58,868 nt of DNA from a virus (taxonomy: Duplodnaviria > Caudoviricetes). The notes under the pieces are model-generated. The model made no database searches, was not told where the DNA came from, and worked only from the letters and a program-made list of their open reading frames with translations. Positions 46,455-56,595 of the stretch are shown piece after piece. A program made the position numbers and the translations under genes. Positions within the stretch are counted from its first letter, which is position 1; each line of letters starts with the position of its first letter. The DNA lies in the IMG/VR virus record IMGVR_UViG_3300037010_000704, positions 1-58,868 of that record. One strand, written 5' to 3'.

Positions 46455-47435
46455 TTACTGGTCCGTAGAGATCCAAGCCGAGATGAAGTCGAGGCCAACT
46501 GCACTAGCCGTGGCATTGTTGGTCCGCCAGAGCAGTGGGGCCGTTAGTAGGGTGGTGTTCGAGGGTAGCTGGGTGCCTGGAGTGGCAGCAGTCAGGGTTC
46601 CCTCAGCTACATGCCCGGTGTTCAACCTGGTCACCTTGTAGCCAACAGCGTTATTCGCCTTCGGGGAAGCGAACAGGATGAGTTCGTAAACATCCACGCT
46701 CAGAGTGTTCGCGGGAAAGTTAGCCCCAAGGTCGATAGGTGTCTGGGCCGCACTTCCACCATAGAAGATTTTGAGGTTGGTGTCGGAGGCACCATGCCCG
46801 ACTCCGATAGAGTTGGTGAGGGTTGAGGGCTCAACATTGGTGGGAGCGCCTGTGGCTGACGAGATTCCCACAAACTGACGGGCACCTGATACCGTCGCCG
46901 CATCAGAAGTCATGAAGCGAATGCAGAGGAAGAATCCCCCCATGTCTGGCACACCTGATCCAGGAACCCCGAGGGTGTATTGAGCCACGGGGACACGCAG
47001 TGATACCAGTGACCCTGCGGTAGTGGATGATACATAGCCGAGGCGCTTGATTCGGGTTGCGAAGTTCGTGGTTGCCACGTTCCTGGCGGTGGCAGTGCCC
47101 ACCGTAGTGAACGCGGTGGCACCCCCCGTGAGGGTCGAAACTGTGGTGGCGTTGCCAGGAGGGCTCCACATGGAGACTTTATCCTGGCCAAGGAAGTTCT
47201 GGAGGATGGTACTGGTTCCTGATGGGCCGATCACCTTAGGAACAGCACGGCCCGCGACGAGCCTGGAGTAGAAGGTGAGCTTACCAGCGGCGGGTGGTAA
47301 TGGGTCCGTTGAACCCGCCGTCATGAGGATGCCCCCGGAGTCCACCACATGGTCGGAGTTCCAGTCGGAGGGAAGGACTACGGAGGTGTCCCCTCCGTCA
47401 GCCTGGGTTAGAGCCTTTGCATGTTTGAGGGCCAT
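46455..47435 (-). CDS. Tail fibre/receptor-binding-like protein
   Basis: MALKHA..V.PSDWN.DH N-terminal anchor plus a beta-sandwich (lectin-like) C-terminus. Confidence 0.55.
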   Translation of the reverse strand: MALKHAKALTQADGGDTSVVLPSDWNSDHVVDSGGILMTAGSTDPLPPAAGKLTFYSRLVAGRAVPKVIGPSGTSTILQNFLGQDKVSMWSPPGNATTVSTLTGGATAFTTVGTATARNVATTNFATRIKRLGYVSSTTAGSLVSLRVPVAQYTLGVPGSGVPDMGGFFLCIRFMTSDAATVSGARQFVGISSATGAPTNVEPSTLTNSIGVGHGASDTNLKIFYGGSAAQTPIDLGANFPANTLSVDVYELILFASPKANNAVGYKVTRLNTGHVAEGTLTAATPGTQLPSNTTLLTAPLLWRTNNATASAVGLDFISAWISTDQ

Positions 47436-47437
47436 CG

Positions 47438-48385
47438 TTAATACCCCTTGGCGACAGCGACGAGCCTTGCCTTTGAAGTTCCTGAGAAATACTGGAAGCC
47501 AAGGATATCAGTCTTGGAGGCCCCGGTGTTGCCCGAGTAGCTTGCGATGTCGGAACCGTAGGCCACTCCGGTCCCCAGTGTCACCACACGGCCCCCAGTG
47601 GCGTCCTGGGCGAGTTCCAGCGTGAGCTTCTGGCCATCCGTGCCCCCGGTGAAGTTGATCGTCGCAGGCCCCGTCAGGGCGATGCGGGCGACAGGGGTGG
47701 TAATGGTGGTCATGTCGATATTGATGGTGGCTGCGTAGGCAATGGTGGTCACGCCAGCCGTGGACATGGCGGCGAGCACGTCGGCGTTCAGATTGGACCA
47801 GAGGGGTGCGGCTGCGGCGGAGCCGTTGCCCGTAGAGGTCAGATGTTGCTTGACCGTGCTTGTGTTACCCGCTAGGCGAGTAGGGGCACCACCAGAGGCA
47901 CCGTAGATCATGTCTCCCAAGGTGGTCATGGGGTTGGTCATACCGGAGCCACCGGGGGGGACGGCCCAGGTTGCGTCCTCCCGAAGGAACTTCGTGGTGC
48001 CAGCGGTGGCTCCAGGATCAGGGACAGCCCCGGCTGCATGGGAGGCCCCGGAGGCTACGAAGACGGGAACATCAGAACCCTGGATGGCCCGGAATGTCGG
48101 TGACCCTGCTGAACCGTTAGGCGCAGCGAAGAAGGTCTTGGCGGTCTGAGAAGGGAGGTTGGGGACGGCCCCAACAGACAGGGTTCCACAGCCGACACCA
48201 CCCGGAGTGACGATAGCGCCATTCAGGGCGGTGGTCGAAGCCGTGGAATTGGTGACGTTGAGGATTCCCCCAATAAGCGACTGCTTGGCAACATAGAGCC
48301 CGCCCTTGGTTTGGATGGACCCTGTGTTGGTTGCCGTGCAGTCCGTTGTGTCCTGGACTAGGACTGGGGTGATGAACCTCGCCAT
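47438..48385 (-). CDS. Tail fibre protein
   Basis: Fibre motifs GGLYVAK, FFAAPNGSAG.PTFRAI, TKFLREDATW, NPMTTLGDMIY; C-terminal LELAQDATGGR. Confidence 0.7.
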   Translation of the reverse strand: MARFITPVLVQDTTDCTATNTGSIQTKGGLYVAKQSLIGGILNVTNSTASTTALNGAIVTPGGVGCGTLSVGAVPNLPSQTAKTFFAAPNGSAGSPTFRAIQGSDVPVFVASGASHAAGAVPDPGATAGTTKFLREDATWAVPPGGSGMTNPMTTLGDMIYGASGGAPTRLAGNTSTVKQHLTSTGNGSAAAAPLWSNLNADVLAAMSTAGVTTIAYAATINIDMTTITTPVARIALTGPATINFTGGTDGQKLTLELAQDATGGRVVTLGTGVAYGSDIASYSGNTGASKTDILGFQYFSGTSKARLVAVAKGY

Positions 48386-48394
48386 TTATCCATC

Positions 48395-50470
48395 TTATCC
48401 GATTACATTCACGGTGTAGTTAGTTCCACTCGGCGGAGCCACCGAAAACACGATGGTCGTCTGGTTCACCGTGTTGTAGAGAATGTTCGGATAGACCTCT
48501 TCGTTGCTCGCCGTGGGGTCAGTGACAACTGCCTTGCAGGTGGCGCTGTTGAGGTTGTGGTTGATGGCGAAGCTCGTGGTCGTTCCGTCACCAGTGATGG
48601 TTCCAGTCGCCCTACCAGCGGCGTTTAGGTTGGTGCGAGCGCCCGCCGCCGTGGAAGACCCGGTGCCGCCGTTGAGGACGGGAAGCTGACCGGCGATGCC
48701 CGTGCCCACGTTCAGGTTGATCTGGGTGAAGGTCACGCTGGTGGTGTCGATGGTGATCGCACCGACCGTGGAGATATACCAGGAAGTCCCGTAGCCAGTG
48801 GTGCCCTGAGCGACCTTTACGATCATACCGTTGTAGGCCAGGGTGGTGCTGCCAGAGGCATAGTCGGAGGGACGGGTCAAGGCAGATCCCGCAGCGTTCC
48901 AGATCCACAGGCCGTTCTGGCTGGCGGTGGTCTGGCCGGTAAGGAGCACACGCTGACCAGCGGACATGGTGAGGCCGTCGAGGGTCGCGCCGGGAGAGGA
49001 GATGTTCACGTTGGTCGTCACGACCACAGCAGCGGTGCGCTGCTGACTGGGGAGGTGGGCATAGCCGGTGGCGTTGACGCCGGAACCACCCTGAGACAGA
49101 GGCACGATGCCCGTAGTGATCTTGGCGAAGTCGAGATTCGGGATGTCGCTAGCGGCGAGGTTGGAACCCGAGGTGACGATACCGCGATCGTTGACAGTAA
49201 CCTTGGTCCAAGTCTGGGCGACCACACCGGATACCGGCAAGTCGGCATTCACCAGGGCACGGAGGCTGAGGCCACCCGTGGAGCCGTTGGGAGATCCCCA
49301 GAACTGGTTCTGCGCCTGCCCGGTGGAGATGTCAACACCGAAGCCGCCGTTAGCCTTGCTGAGAACGCCCGTGACAGCCGAGGCGTTGCCGAGGGGCAGG
49401 GCACCGTAGGTGGGCTCCACGCCGGTTCCACCGGAGAGGAGCACCTGATTGGCAGTGGCAGAGGACTTGACACGAAGGGCAGTGCCGTTGAACTCCAGGG
49501 TATTTGTGCCCGTGAGGTTCACGGAGAACACATTGCCTGCGAGGTTCAGGCCGTTGCCGTTGGTGTAGCTGTTGGATGCACCGAACTGTGTGAAGGTCAG
49601 GGCAGAGGTGCCTATGGTGATTGTGCCCGTGGTCGTCATGATCCACTGGGTGACGGCGTTGGCACCGGATTCCACGAACATGAAGGCACCGGGGGTAACA
49701 GCGCCGGGGCCAGCGGTGGTGGTGTTGAAGTCGGTGGCGCGGGTTAGAACCCACTTGGAGTTAGCGGAACCCAGGTCGGTCACGACGTAGATACCGTTGT
49801 TGGCCGGGGTGGCTTCGTTCTTGACGAGCACTCGGGCACCCACCACGAGGGTGTAGGCGGAGGTTCCGTCGATGAGGGTGGTCGTCAGGGCACCGTTGGA
49901 GGAAGCCGTGAGGGTTGCACCCACACCAGCCGCGCCGTTGGAATAGACGTTGGAGGGTAGAGCACCCGTGGTGGCCAGGGCGACGGATCCCTTGGGGTCG
50001 AACCCTGCGGCGAGGGCGTCGGCGTAGTTCTTGTTTACGGCGTCCGTGCCAGCCGAGGGGGTGTTGGTGATGGACACGGAGGTGAAGGCGGCTCCACCCG
50101 AGCCATCGCGCTGCACCAGGGTATTGTTTGTGGCCAGGGCGGTTGAACTGGACAGCTTGGTGTAGTCTGCGGCAGACATCGTGCCGGGAACGGAATCCGA
50201 GGCAGCCTGCACGTTGAGGATGGGAGCCAGGGCGGTGCCAGAGTTGGTGAGGGCGGTGCCGACACCCACACTGACCACATACTGGTCATCCAGGGTGATT
50301 GTGCGGGTGGCCAGCTTAACCTTCAGACGGCCCTGACCATCGCTGCCAGCCCCGGTGTTGAACCAGACCTGACCAACTAGGGGTGAACTGGGATCGGAAC
50401 CCAGGGGATCAATGACAGCGTTCTGGAGCTTGTTTCCCAGAAGATTGACATTATTAAGAAAACGCGGCAT
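48395..50470 (-). CDS. Tail fibre/structural protein with duplicated domain
   Basis: Two copies of the G.RVL....T...NG.(Y/W)....LTR..D domain; DAVNKNYAD; GGTG repeats; C-terminal I.HNLNS module. Confidence 0.75.
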   Translation of the reverse strand: MPRFLNNVNLLGNKLQNAVIDPLGSDPSSPLVGQVWFNTGAGSDGQGRLKVKLATRTITLDDQYVVSVGVGTALTNSGTALAPILNVQAASDSVPGTMSAADYTKLSSSTALATNNTLVQRDGSGGAAFTSVSITNTPSAGTDAVNKNYADALAAGFDPKGSVALATTGALPSNVYSNGAAGVGATLTASSNGALTTTLIDGTSAYTLVVGARVLVKNEATPANNGIYVVTDLGSANSKWVLTRATDFNTTTAGPGAVTPGAFMFVESGANAVTQWIMTTTGTITIGTSALTFTQFGASNSYTNGNGLNLAGNVFSVNLTGTNTLEFNGTALRVKSSATANQVLLSGGTGVEPTYGALPLGNASAVTGVLSKANGGFGVDISTGQAQNQFWGSPNGSTGGLSLRALVNADLPVSGVVAQTWTKVTVNDRGIVTSGSNLAASDIPNLDFAKITTGIVPLSQGGSGVNATGYAHLPSQQRTAAVVVTTNVNISSPGATLDGLTMSAGQRVLLTGQTTASQNGLWIWNAAGSALTRPSDYASGSTTLAYNGMIVKVAQGTTGYGTSWYISTVGAITIDTTSVTFTQINLNVGTGIAGQLPVLNGGTGSSTAAGARTNLNAAGRATGTITGDGTTTSFAINHNLNSATCKAVVTDPTASNEEVYPNILYNTVNQTTIVFSVAPPSGTNYTVNVIG

Positions 50471-50502
50471 TGGTCTCCTCCGTCATGGGTCAGGTTGCAG
50501 GG

Positions 50503-50883
50503 TTAGCTCAGGATGGCTATACCTGCCATGGGGTTTGAAAGTCGAACTGTGAGGGTTAAGGAGGCCAGGGCGGCGTCGTCGAGGTGGTAATCAACATCAG
50601 GGACACCCTCGGCCCCGTCACTGCCAATCACGGTTACTGAGGGGAACCGCTTCATGTTGTGTGTGATAACCCAGGTGTCAGAGGGCGTGGTTTGGGTGTA
50701 GACGAAGTAACCCATGGAGGAATTTGTTCCCCCACCACCCACAATGGAGGCCCAATCCACGGGGTTCCCCTGAGTGTCCACTACCACCACCGCCATGACC
50801 CGATCAGACTTATCCGGGTTGGGGGCAGCGGGGAGGCTCAGTAGGGATCGTCCCTGGGAATCGAATAGATTTGCACCAGCCAT
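50503..50883 (-). CDS. Small fibre-associated protein
   Basis: YTQTTPSDTWVITHNMKRFPSVTV...G.A.LS module commonly paired with the adjacent gene type. Confidence 0.65.
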   Translation of the reverse strand: MAGANLFDSQGRSLLSLPAAPNPDKSDRVMAVVVVDTQGNPVDWASIVGGGGTNSSMGYFVYTQTTPSDTWVITHNMKRFPSVTVIGSDGAEGVPDVDYHLDDAALASLTLTVRLSNPMAGIAILS

Positions 50884-50911
50884 CTGGCTCAGTCACTCCT
50901 TCTCATAGGGA

Positions 50912-53900
50912 TCACAAAGTTGATGTAGGGGTGGCTACATCCCTCTTGGCGATCGCCTTGGGGAGAACCTGGAGCGGGATGACCTTGGTGGACACCTTGC
51001 CGCACGTATCCTTGACCCGGAAGAGGATGGGTCGGAGTTCGGCTTCCGTGGGGGTACCGCTGATCTCGCCGGTCTGGGAGTTCAGCGTCAGGCCAGCGTG
51101 GAGGAGGGGCTTGGGGATGTAGTCCCATGTGTAGGGCGGCAAGCCGCCCGTGGCCGAGAGGACATCGGAATACTCCTCCCCGATCTTCCCCTTGGCGAGC
51201 ACCTTCGTCGTCAGGAAGAGGGGTGGGGTGTCCCGGATCTCGATGGTGAGTTCCTTGGTGCCCTTGGTCCCATTGGCCTCGGTGACCTCGGCGGTGACCG
51301 TGAAGAGGCCAGGGGCCGTTGGGATCCCCTTGAGTTGGGCCGTGGATCCGAAGGGGGTGACGGAGATGCCAGGAGGCACCCCGTCGACTGTCCAGACGTA
51401 GGGAGCGGAGCCACCCTGGCAGGTGATGGAGTCGTCGTAGGGCTCGCAGACCGCCCCCCTACTGAGTTTATGGGTCATGATTCGCACGGGCATGTTCCAG
51501 GCGTCCTGGGCTGAGGATGGAATCTGAGCGGCGGCAGGTGGGCTGCTCACTGTCCGCGAGGTGGGGCTGACCGTGGGTGGAATCGTGACGGATATCGTCG
51601 GATCCGAAGTCACGAAGGTGCCACCGGGAATCACGATGGGCACCTCGGCCACCGGGTAGGAGGCGATGAGGGCGTTGGCAGCGGCCATCTGGGCATCGAC
51701 GATGCCCTTGAAGGCTTCCAAGGTGGCCAAGCCAGCGACGATCTCACCTTCGATTCCGGCTATGGTGGCTTCCATCTCGGCCTGCTGCTCCGCCTGGATA
51801 TCCATGACGCTCTGGGCAGCCTCATGGCACTCCATCATCCTCATCTGGACGTTGGGGGAGAGGCTCTGGACGTCGGGGCGACTCAGGAACTCGTAGGGCA
51901 CGAAGCGGCCCGTGGACCAGCCGTTGCCGTAGACCTCATCCGAAGGGTTGCCCTTGGCGTCCACTCGGCGAAGGAAGTAGTCCACAGGGTTCCCGTCCTG
52001 ATCAGTAAAGGGGCTGCCGTCCGGCTTGGTTGCGACCTCGACGACGGCTGGCTCCACATGGATAATCTGGAGGACAGGGGCGGGGAGGCTGGGCTGACCC
52101 GGCTTCCACATGAACACGTTCCTCCGGTGATCCCAGGCGCGAAGCATGGTGTCCCGCTTGATGCGTAGGAAGAACTCACCCTTGTCGTTGCTGTCGGTCT
52201 TGTCGGAGGCCAGGGGGTTGCAGTAGGAGTTGATGACGGCGGTGTAGCCGAAGACCATCGAGCGGAGGGGCTCGTCGAGCCTAATCATGTCCTCAAAGTT
52301 GGAGGCCCACTCCCGCCAGAACTGGGAGTAGCGGTCAATGGTGCGGGTCTCACCGTAGGCCGTGTAGCCATGGGAGAACTGGGTCAGGTTGGTCCGCCAG
52401 TCTTTGTTGGCTGCGATGTTCCGCTGGCCGGTGAGGATGGCGTCCCGGACCTTACCTTCCAGAGCTACGGGCACGTCGATGGAGGACGGATACTCGGCGA
52501 GGCCGTTCTGGTCCAGGACAATCCTGATGGTTGGGGTCAGGTCGACACTGAAGGGGGTGTAGTCGAGGTCCAGCTTGGAGAAGCCCGTATTGAGTAGGTC
52601 CACCAGGGCATCGACGGTGGCGTCGATCCCCTTCTTGCTGGCGCAGGCATCCCAACGAGTCGTCCTGGTGTTCCCCAGCAGGGAGGCTTCTAGGTAAGAG
52701 AGTAGCCACATGCACTGACAATAGACGTCAGGTTGGTTCACCCGGAGGTCCATCATCTTGATGGCAAACTTGGAGTCCGAGCCCTGGTAAACTTCCCCCG
52801 TGCGGAGATCCTTGTTCCACCTCACCGGCTTGGCTAGGTCGGGGATGCTCGGGGCGATCAGGGTGTCCCACACTGCTTGGTGAGCTTCGACCCAGATGCC
52901 CTGCCGCCCGATCCTGGCCCGGTTCATGTAGCGGAGCCAAGCAGAGGTGGTGTGGGGGAGGAAGTTGATGTCGTCGAGGACGGCGAGGTTCACGTTGGTG
53001 CGTGTGTAATCCTTGGCCACCCGGTAGAGGGTGATGAGGGCGTCCAGGGTGAAGCCCAGGCCCCCGAGCCCCAAAGGAGCGGTCGTGCCGTCACCCCAAC
53101 CGGAGCCTGCCCCCGTGCCCGTCCCAGAACCCGTAGAGGGCTGAGTCCAACCACCAATGGCGTCCAGGTTGCCCAGGTCGTCCATGATGGCGTCCTGCTC
53201 GGCCTGCGGCAAGGTGTTGAAGGGTGGCAGGGTCTCCCCTGCGGGTAGGAACATCGAGGCGTCGTTGGTGACGTTCAGATTGGTGAACAGCGGGGCCGTG
53301 CCGATCTCGCCGCCCACCAGGGAGAGCACGTTGTTCTCATACTTGGTGGCGGGCATGTAGAAGTCGTTGAGGATAAATTCCGGGTTGGGCAGGCTGCCGG
53401 AGAGATCCGAGAGGGGGTCGTAATCCGGGGCGAATACCGGGATGTCTTCAGGGTATTTGTTAGTGTCCCGGAGAGCATCGAGCCCCCCCATGTTGCCGGG
53501 GGTCGAAGGGTCTGTGGGGGCCAGGAGAGAGGGGTCGGTGATGAGACCCGTAGGCCCCACTCCGGGGAGGGGACTATCCGCCACACCCATGGGGCCAGCG
53601 GCGTCGGATACACGGGAGATGATGAGGCCGTTGCCGACCTCGATCTGCTGTGGGAGGCCCAGGGTATTCGTGGACCCCGGCTTCCTGATCTTGCAGGCCC
53701 CAAAGGCGAAGTTGGCGTCGAACTTCAGGCTGAAGGAGAAGCCAGCACCCAACTTCGAGAAGGTGAAGCCCCCGAACTTGAACTTCCCGAACAGGTTGGG
53801 GAAGCTCGGGAGATCCGGCAGCCTGAGATTGCAGATCATGTTCATCAGGGAGGCGATCTGGTTCAGGATGTTCTGGAGGAAGGCCCTCAACTGGGCCGTG

Positions 53901-54295
53901 AGAGTCATCAACAGGCCGATGCACCCCAGCAAGGCGTTGATGATGTCCATGATCTCGTTGATGTAGTCCTGGATCTTCTTGATGTACTTGATGATGGTGA
54001 TGGCGATCTTAATCGCACGGGGGGTGGTGGGGAGGTAGCAGTCAGTCCCGAGCCAGTTCAGGCCGATGAAGTGGGAGATCTTCTCTTCCAAGTCCTTCTT
54101 GGCCTGCATGAGGTTGAAGATGGCATCGCCTATGGCAGCCTCGGCCTTGCGGCCTTGCTCCATGGCCTTGTGCATCTTCCCTTCAATCTTCGGCGTTCCA
54201 GGCGTCTTCTCTTGGGGTCGTCCCGGCAGCTTATCCGTCACCCACGTAGGGATGATTGATTCTGGGGGTTCCCTGTCATACCATGCTTCAGCCAT
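50912..54295 (-). CDS. Large structural protein: helical N-terminus plus two C-terminal Ig (He_PIG-like) repeats
   Basis: 1127 aa; amphipathic/coiled-coil start; C-terminal GG.APY.W...PPG and LSATGGLPPYTW...GEISGTP repeats. Confidence 0.6.
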   Translation of the reverse strand: MAEAWYDREPPESIIPTWVTDKLPGRPQEKTPGTPKIEGKMHKAMEQGRKAEAAIGDAIFNLMQAKKDLEEKISHFIGLNWLGTDCYLPTTPRAIKIAITIIKYIKKIQDYINEIMDIINALLGCIGLLMTLTAQLRAFLQNILNQIASLMNMICNLRLPDLPSFPNLFGKFKFGGFTFSKLGAGFSFSLKFDANFAFGACKIRKPGSTNTLGLPQQIEVGNGLIISRVSDAAGPMGVADSPLPGVGPTGLITDPSLLAPTDPSTPGNMGGLDALRDTNKYPEDIPVFAPDYDPLSDLSGSLPNPEFILNDFYMPATKYENNVLSLVGGEIGTAPLFTNLNVTNDASMFLPAGETLPPFNTLPQAEQDAIMDDLGNLDAIGGWTQPSTGSGTGTGAGSGWGDGTTAPLGLGGLGFTLDALITLYRVAKDYTRTNVNLAVLDDINFLPHTTSAWLRYMNRARIGRQGIWVEAHQAVWDTLIAPSIPDLAKPVRWNKDLRTGEVYQGSDSKFAIKMMDLRVNQPDVYCQCMWLLSYLEASLLGNTRTTRWDACASKKGIDATVDALVDLLNTGFSKLDLDYTPFSVDLTPTIRIVLDQNGLAEYPSSIDVPVALEGKVRDAILTGQRNIAANKDWRTNLTQFSHGYTAYGETRTIDRYSQFWREWASNFEDMIRLDEPLRSMVFGYTAVINSYCNPLASDKTDSNDKGEFFLRIKRDTMLRAWDHRRNVFMWKPGQPSLPAPVLQIIHVEPAVVEVATKPDGSPFTDQDGNPVDYFLRRVDAKGNPSDEVYGNGWSTGRFVPYEFLSRPDVQSLSPNVQMRMMECHEAAQSVMDIQAEQQAEMEATIAGIEGEIVAGLATLEAFKGIVDAQMAAANALIASYPVAEVPIVIPGGTFVTSDPTISVTIPPTVSPTSRTVSSPPAAAQIPSSAQDAWNMPVRIMTHKLSRGAVCEPYDDSITCQGGSAPYVWTVDGVPPGISVTPFGSTAQLKGIPTAPGLFTVTAEVTEANGTKGTKELTIEIRDTPPLFLTTKVLAKGKIGEEYSDVLSATGGLPPYTWDYIPKPLLHAGLTLNSQTGEISGTPTEAELRPILFRVKDTCGKVSTKVIPLQVLPKAIAKRDVATPTSTL

Positions 54296-54303
54296 CGGAT
54301 TCC

Positions 54304-56595
54304 CTAACGCTGCTTGGAGTAGGCACCTTCGTTGTTGACGCGATCCGCACCCTCAACGACATTGGCGGTCAGGGCAGTGGAGAGAACCTTCATGCCCTTG
54401 ATGATGTGGTCGAACTTGGCGTGGGTGATGATGTCCCCGTTGGCGTCCAGGACAATGTCGCCGGTTGCGTGAACGGTGTAATTGCCGACCACACTGATGT
54501 CTACATCGCCCATGATCTCCAACTGGAGGCCACGCTTTTGATCGTTGGAGCCGATGGTGATTTCAGCCCCTCCATCAAGGGATGCAGTAATCGAACGGCC
54601 CTGTTTGTCTTTACCAATCCAGGCGACGAGGCCACCCCCGAGGTCCAGCATGAGGCTCTGGCCGGTGTCCGTGTTCTGTCCGATACGTAGCAGGATGTCG
54701 GAGACGGCGTGGAGGTCCAGGCTGAGGCCCGTGCAGTCCATGTTAGGGATGGGGGAACCGGAATAGTAGTAGGGGGCTTCCCTTGTCTGTGGCGTACCGG
54801 CCTTGGTGAGGTCGTGGATCTTGTAGGGGCCGTCACCGGAACCATAGGTGGGCCGACCCTTGGTGCGGCTGTAGTCCGTACCGCCCTGGGTCTTACCGGG
54901 GCCGTCCTGGTAGCCATTCTTGAGGTGCCGACGCTTGGATTTGTTGCTACGAGCGCCTAAACGGAGAATGGTCCCACCGTCGAAGGCACCCCGGAAGCTA
55001 ACCCGCTCGGCGGCTGCCTTGTCGGTGAGATCCCCGGCGTCCCCGATGGCGTTGAGCTTCTTCTTCTTCCAGTACTGAAGTTCCCGCTTCACGACGGCGT
55101 CGGACTTCTCCCTGTTCTGGGACATGACATTGCGGTCGTCGTCGGGCAGGGTGGTGTCATCACAACCAAGGCGCATGACGACCTGCCCCAAGGTGGTTAG
55201 GTCCAGGGACTCCTCCTCATCCCGGTTCTTGCCCAAGACGATGCGGGCGGACCCAACGAAGTGGGCCTCCATGGACCGGCCAGCGCCATAGGGGTGCTCG
55301 TATTCGGAATTGTCCCAAGGGATGTTCTCCTTGGGGATCGTGCATCCCACTTCAAGCAGGATGAGGCCTTCTTTGGTGATGTCCCAGCGGGTTGTGTTGT
55401 AGTCGTGAGGGAACCGGACGGCGTAGGCTGAGGCAGCCATGCGGGCTTCCACATGATCGTCGCTCTTCTTGCACTCGGTGTGGCCCGTGGCTGTATCGGT
55501 GCCGAAGCGGCCTTCCTTCTTCATGGGGAAGATATTGGTCTTCAGGATCTTCCCGTAGGTGGACTTGTCGAAGCGGTTGTAGCCCACGAGGGTGCCCTGG
55601 GTCTTCTCGATGATCCAGCCGCGACGGCGGGGCGTCGGGCCTTCACCCTTGGTCGGACCCACGGGAGTCTTCTTGACGTCATCAGGGTGGTCGATCTCCT
55701 GCCCGATGATGAAGTCCTGATCGTCATGGTTGACGCCCTGGCCACCGGCCACCGGGGAGGTCCGCTCCCAGATGTTCCGCTTGAGGCCGAGCATATTGTC
55801 GAGGTAGTCAGTCTCCAGGACTTCCTGAGGAACGGGGAAGTCCAAGGCGAACTCCTGAATACGCTCCAGCACCTCGGAGACAGGGAGCATATCCTTCTGG
55901 CCATCAAAGTAACGGGTCTTGGTGTCCTTGTCGTGCTGGAGGAACACAGGCCACTGCTCGGTGCCGTCAGGCAGCATGAACTTCTTGAGGGGCTCGGCAT
56001 CAGGGCGATAGACCCGGCCCCGGAAGGTCAGACCGGAGTCGGTGTATTCCACACGACGGCTGGTGATCTGGGTCCACTCACGGCGGAGGGGGTCCAGGTT
56101 GTCTCGGCTGAAGTCAGAGGCCAGTTGGTCCCACCCACCGTCGATCTTGGCAGTGTAGCCCATGGTATTCGTGACCGTCCGCTGACCTGGGTAGGCTTTG
56201 CGGTAGGTGCTGCGGATACGCTTCCGCTTCCGTTCCACGTCCTCGTTGATGCGGCGGGCGACCGCATACTTCCCTGCCAGGGCATCGGACCCCACCCAGG
56301 AGACAACGGCGATGGTACGGTTGCCGTCACTCTCAGGTGAGATGTTGCAGCACAGGCACTTTGCGCCCCGCTCGGGCATGGTGATGTCTGTAGCGGTGAA
56401 GCTGGAGTAGTTTGCGGGGATCACCATCACTGACTCGTGGACGATGCCAGTGCCGGGATCCTTGATGTCTACGATGCCTTTTTCCCAGTCCACACGAACG
56501 ACCTCCCCGATGAACAGGGCATAGCGAAGGTCGTCACGGCGGTGACCCATCATGGATTGGTGCTGTGAGGGGGTTTTATAGGTCATGTAGGTCAT
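54304..56595 (-). CDS. Baseplate central spike (gp5/gpV/VgrG-like)
   Basis: N-terminal OB-fold-like FIGEVVRVD...MPE.GA.C; C-terminal beta-helix repeats (IMGDVDISVVGNYTVHATGDIVL); follows the hub gene. Confidence 0.65.
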   Translation of the reverse strand: MTYMTYKTPSQHQSMMGHRRDDLRYALFIGEVVRVDWEKGIVDIKDPGTGIVHESVMVIPANYSSFTATDITMPERGAKCLCCNISPESDGNRTIAVVSWVGSDALAGKYAVARRINEDVERKRKRIRSTYRKAYPGQRTVTNTMGYTAKIDGGWDQLASDFSRDNLDPLRREWTQITSRRVEYTDSGLTFRGRVYRPDAEPLKKFMLPDGTEQWPVFLQHDKDTKTRYFDGQKDMLPVSEVLERIQEFALDFPVPQEVLETDYLDNMLGLKRNIWERTSPVAGGQGVNHDDQDFIIGQEIDHPDDVKKTPVGPTKGEGPTPRRRGWIIEKTQGTLVGYNRFDKSTYGKILKTNIFPMKKEGRFGTDTATGHTECKKSDDHVEARMAASAYAVRFPHDYNTTRWDITKEGLILLEVGCTIPKENIPWDNSEYEHPYGAGRSMEAHFVGSARIVLGKNRDEEESLDLTTLGQVVMRLGCDDTTLPDDDRNVMSQNREKSDAVVKRELQYWKKKKLNAIGDAGDLTDKAAAERVSFRGAFDGGTILRLGARSNKSKRRHLKNGYQDGPGKTQGGTDYSRTKGRPTYGSGDGPYKIHDLTKAGTPQTREAPYYYSGSPIPNMDCTGLSLDLHAVSDILLRIGQNTDTGQSLMLDLGGGLVAWIGKDKQGRSITASLDGGAEITIGSNDQKRGLQLEIMGDVDISVVGNYTVHATGDIVLDANGDIITHAKFDHIIKGMKVLSTALTANVVEGADRVNNEGAYSKQR

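Noticed and set aside
26222-50883. Diversity-generating retroelement or invertible tail-fibre switch
   Set aside because: No reverse transcriptase or invertase, and I saw no adenine-mismatched repeat pair or flanking inverted repeats. Similarities are at the protein level only.
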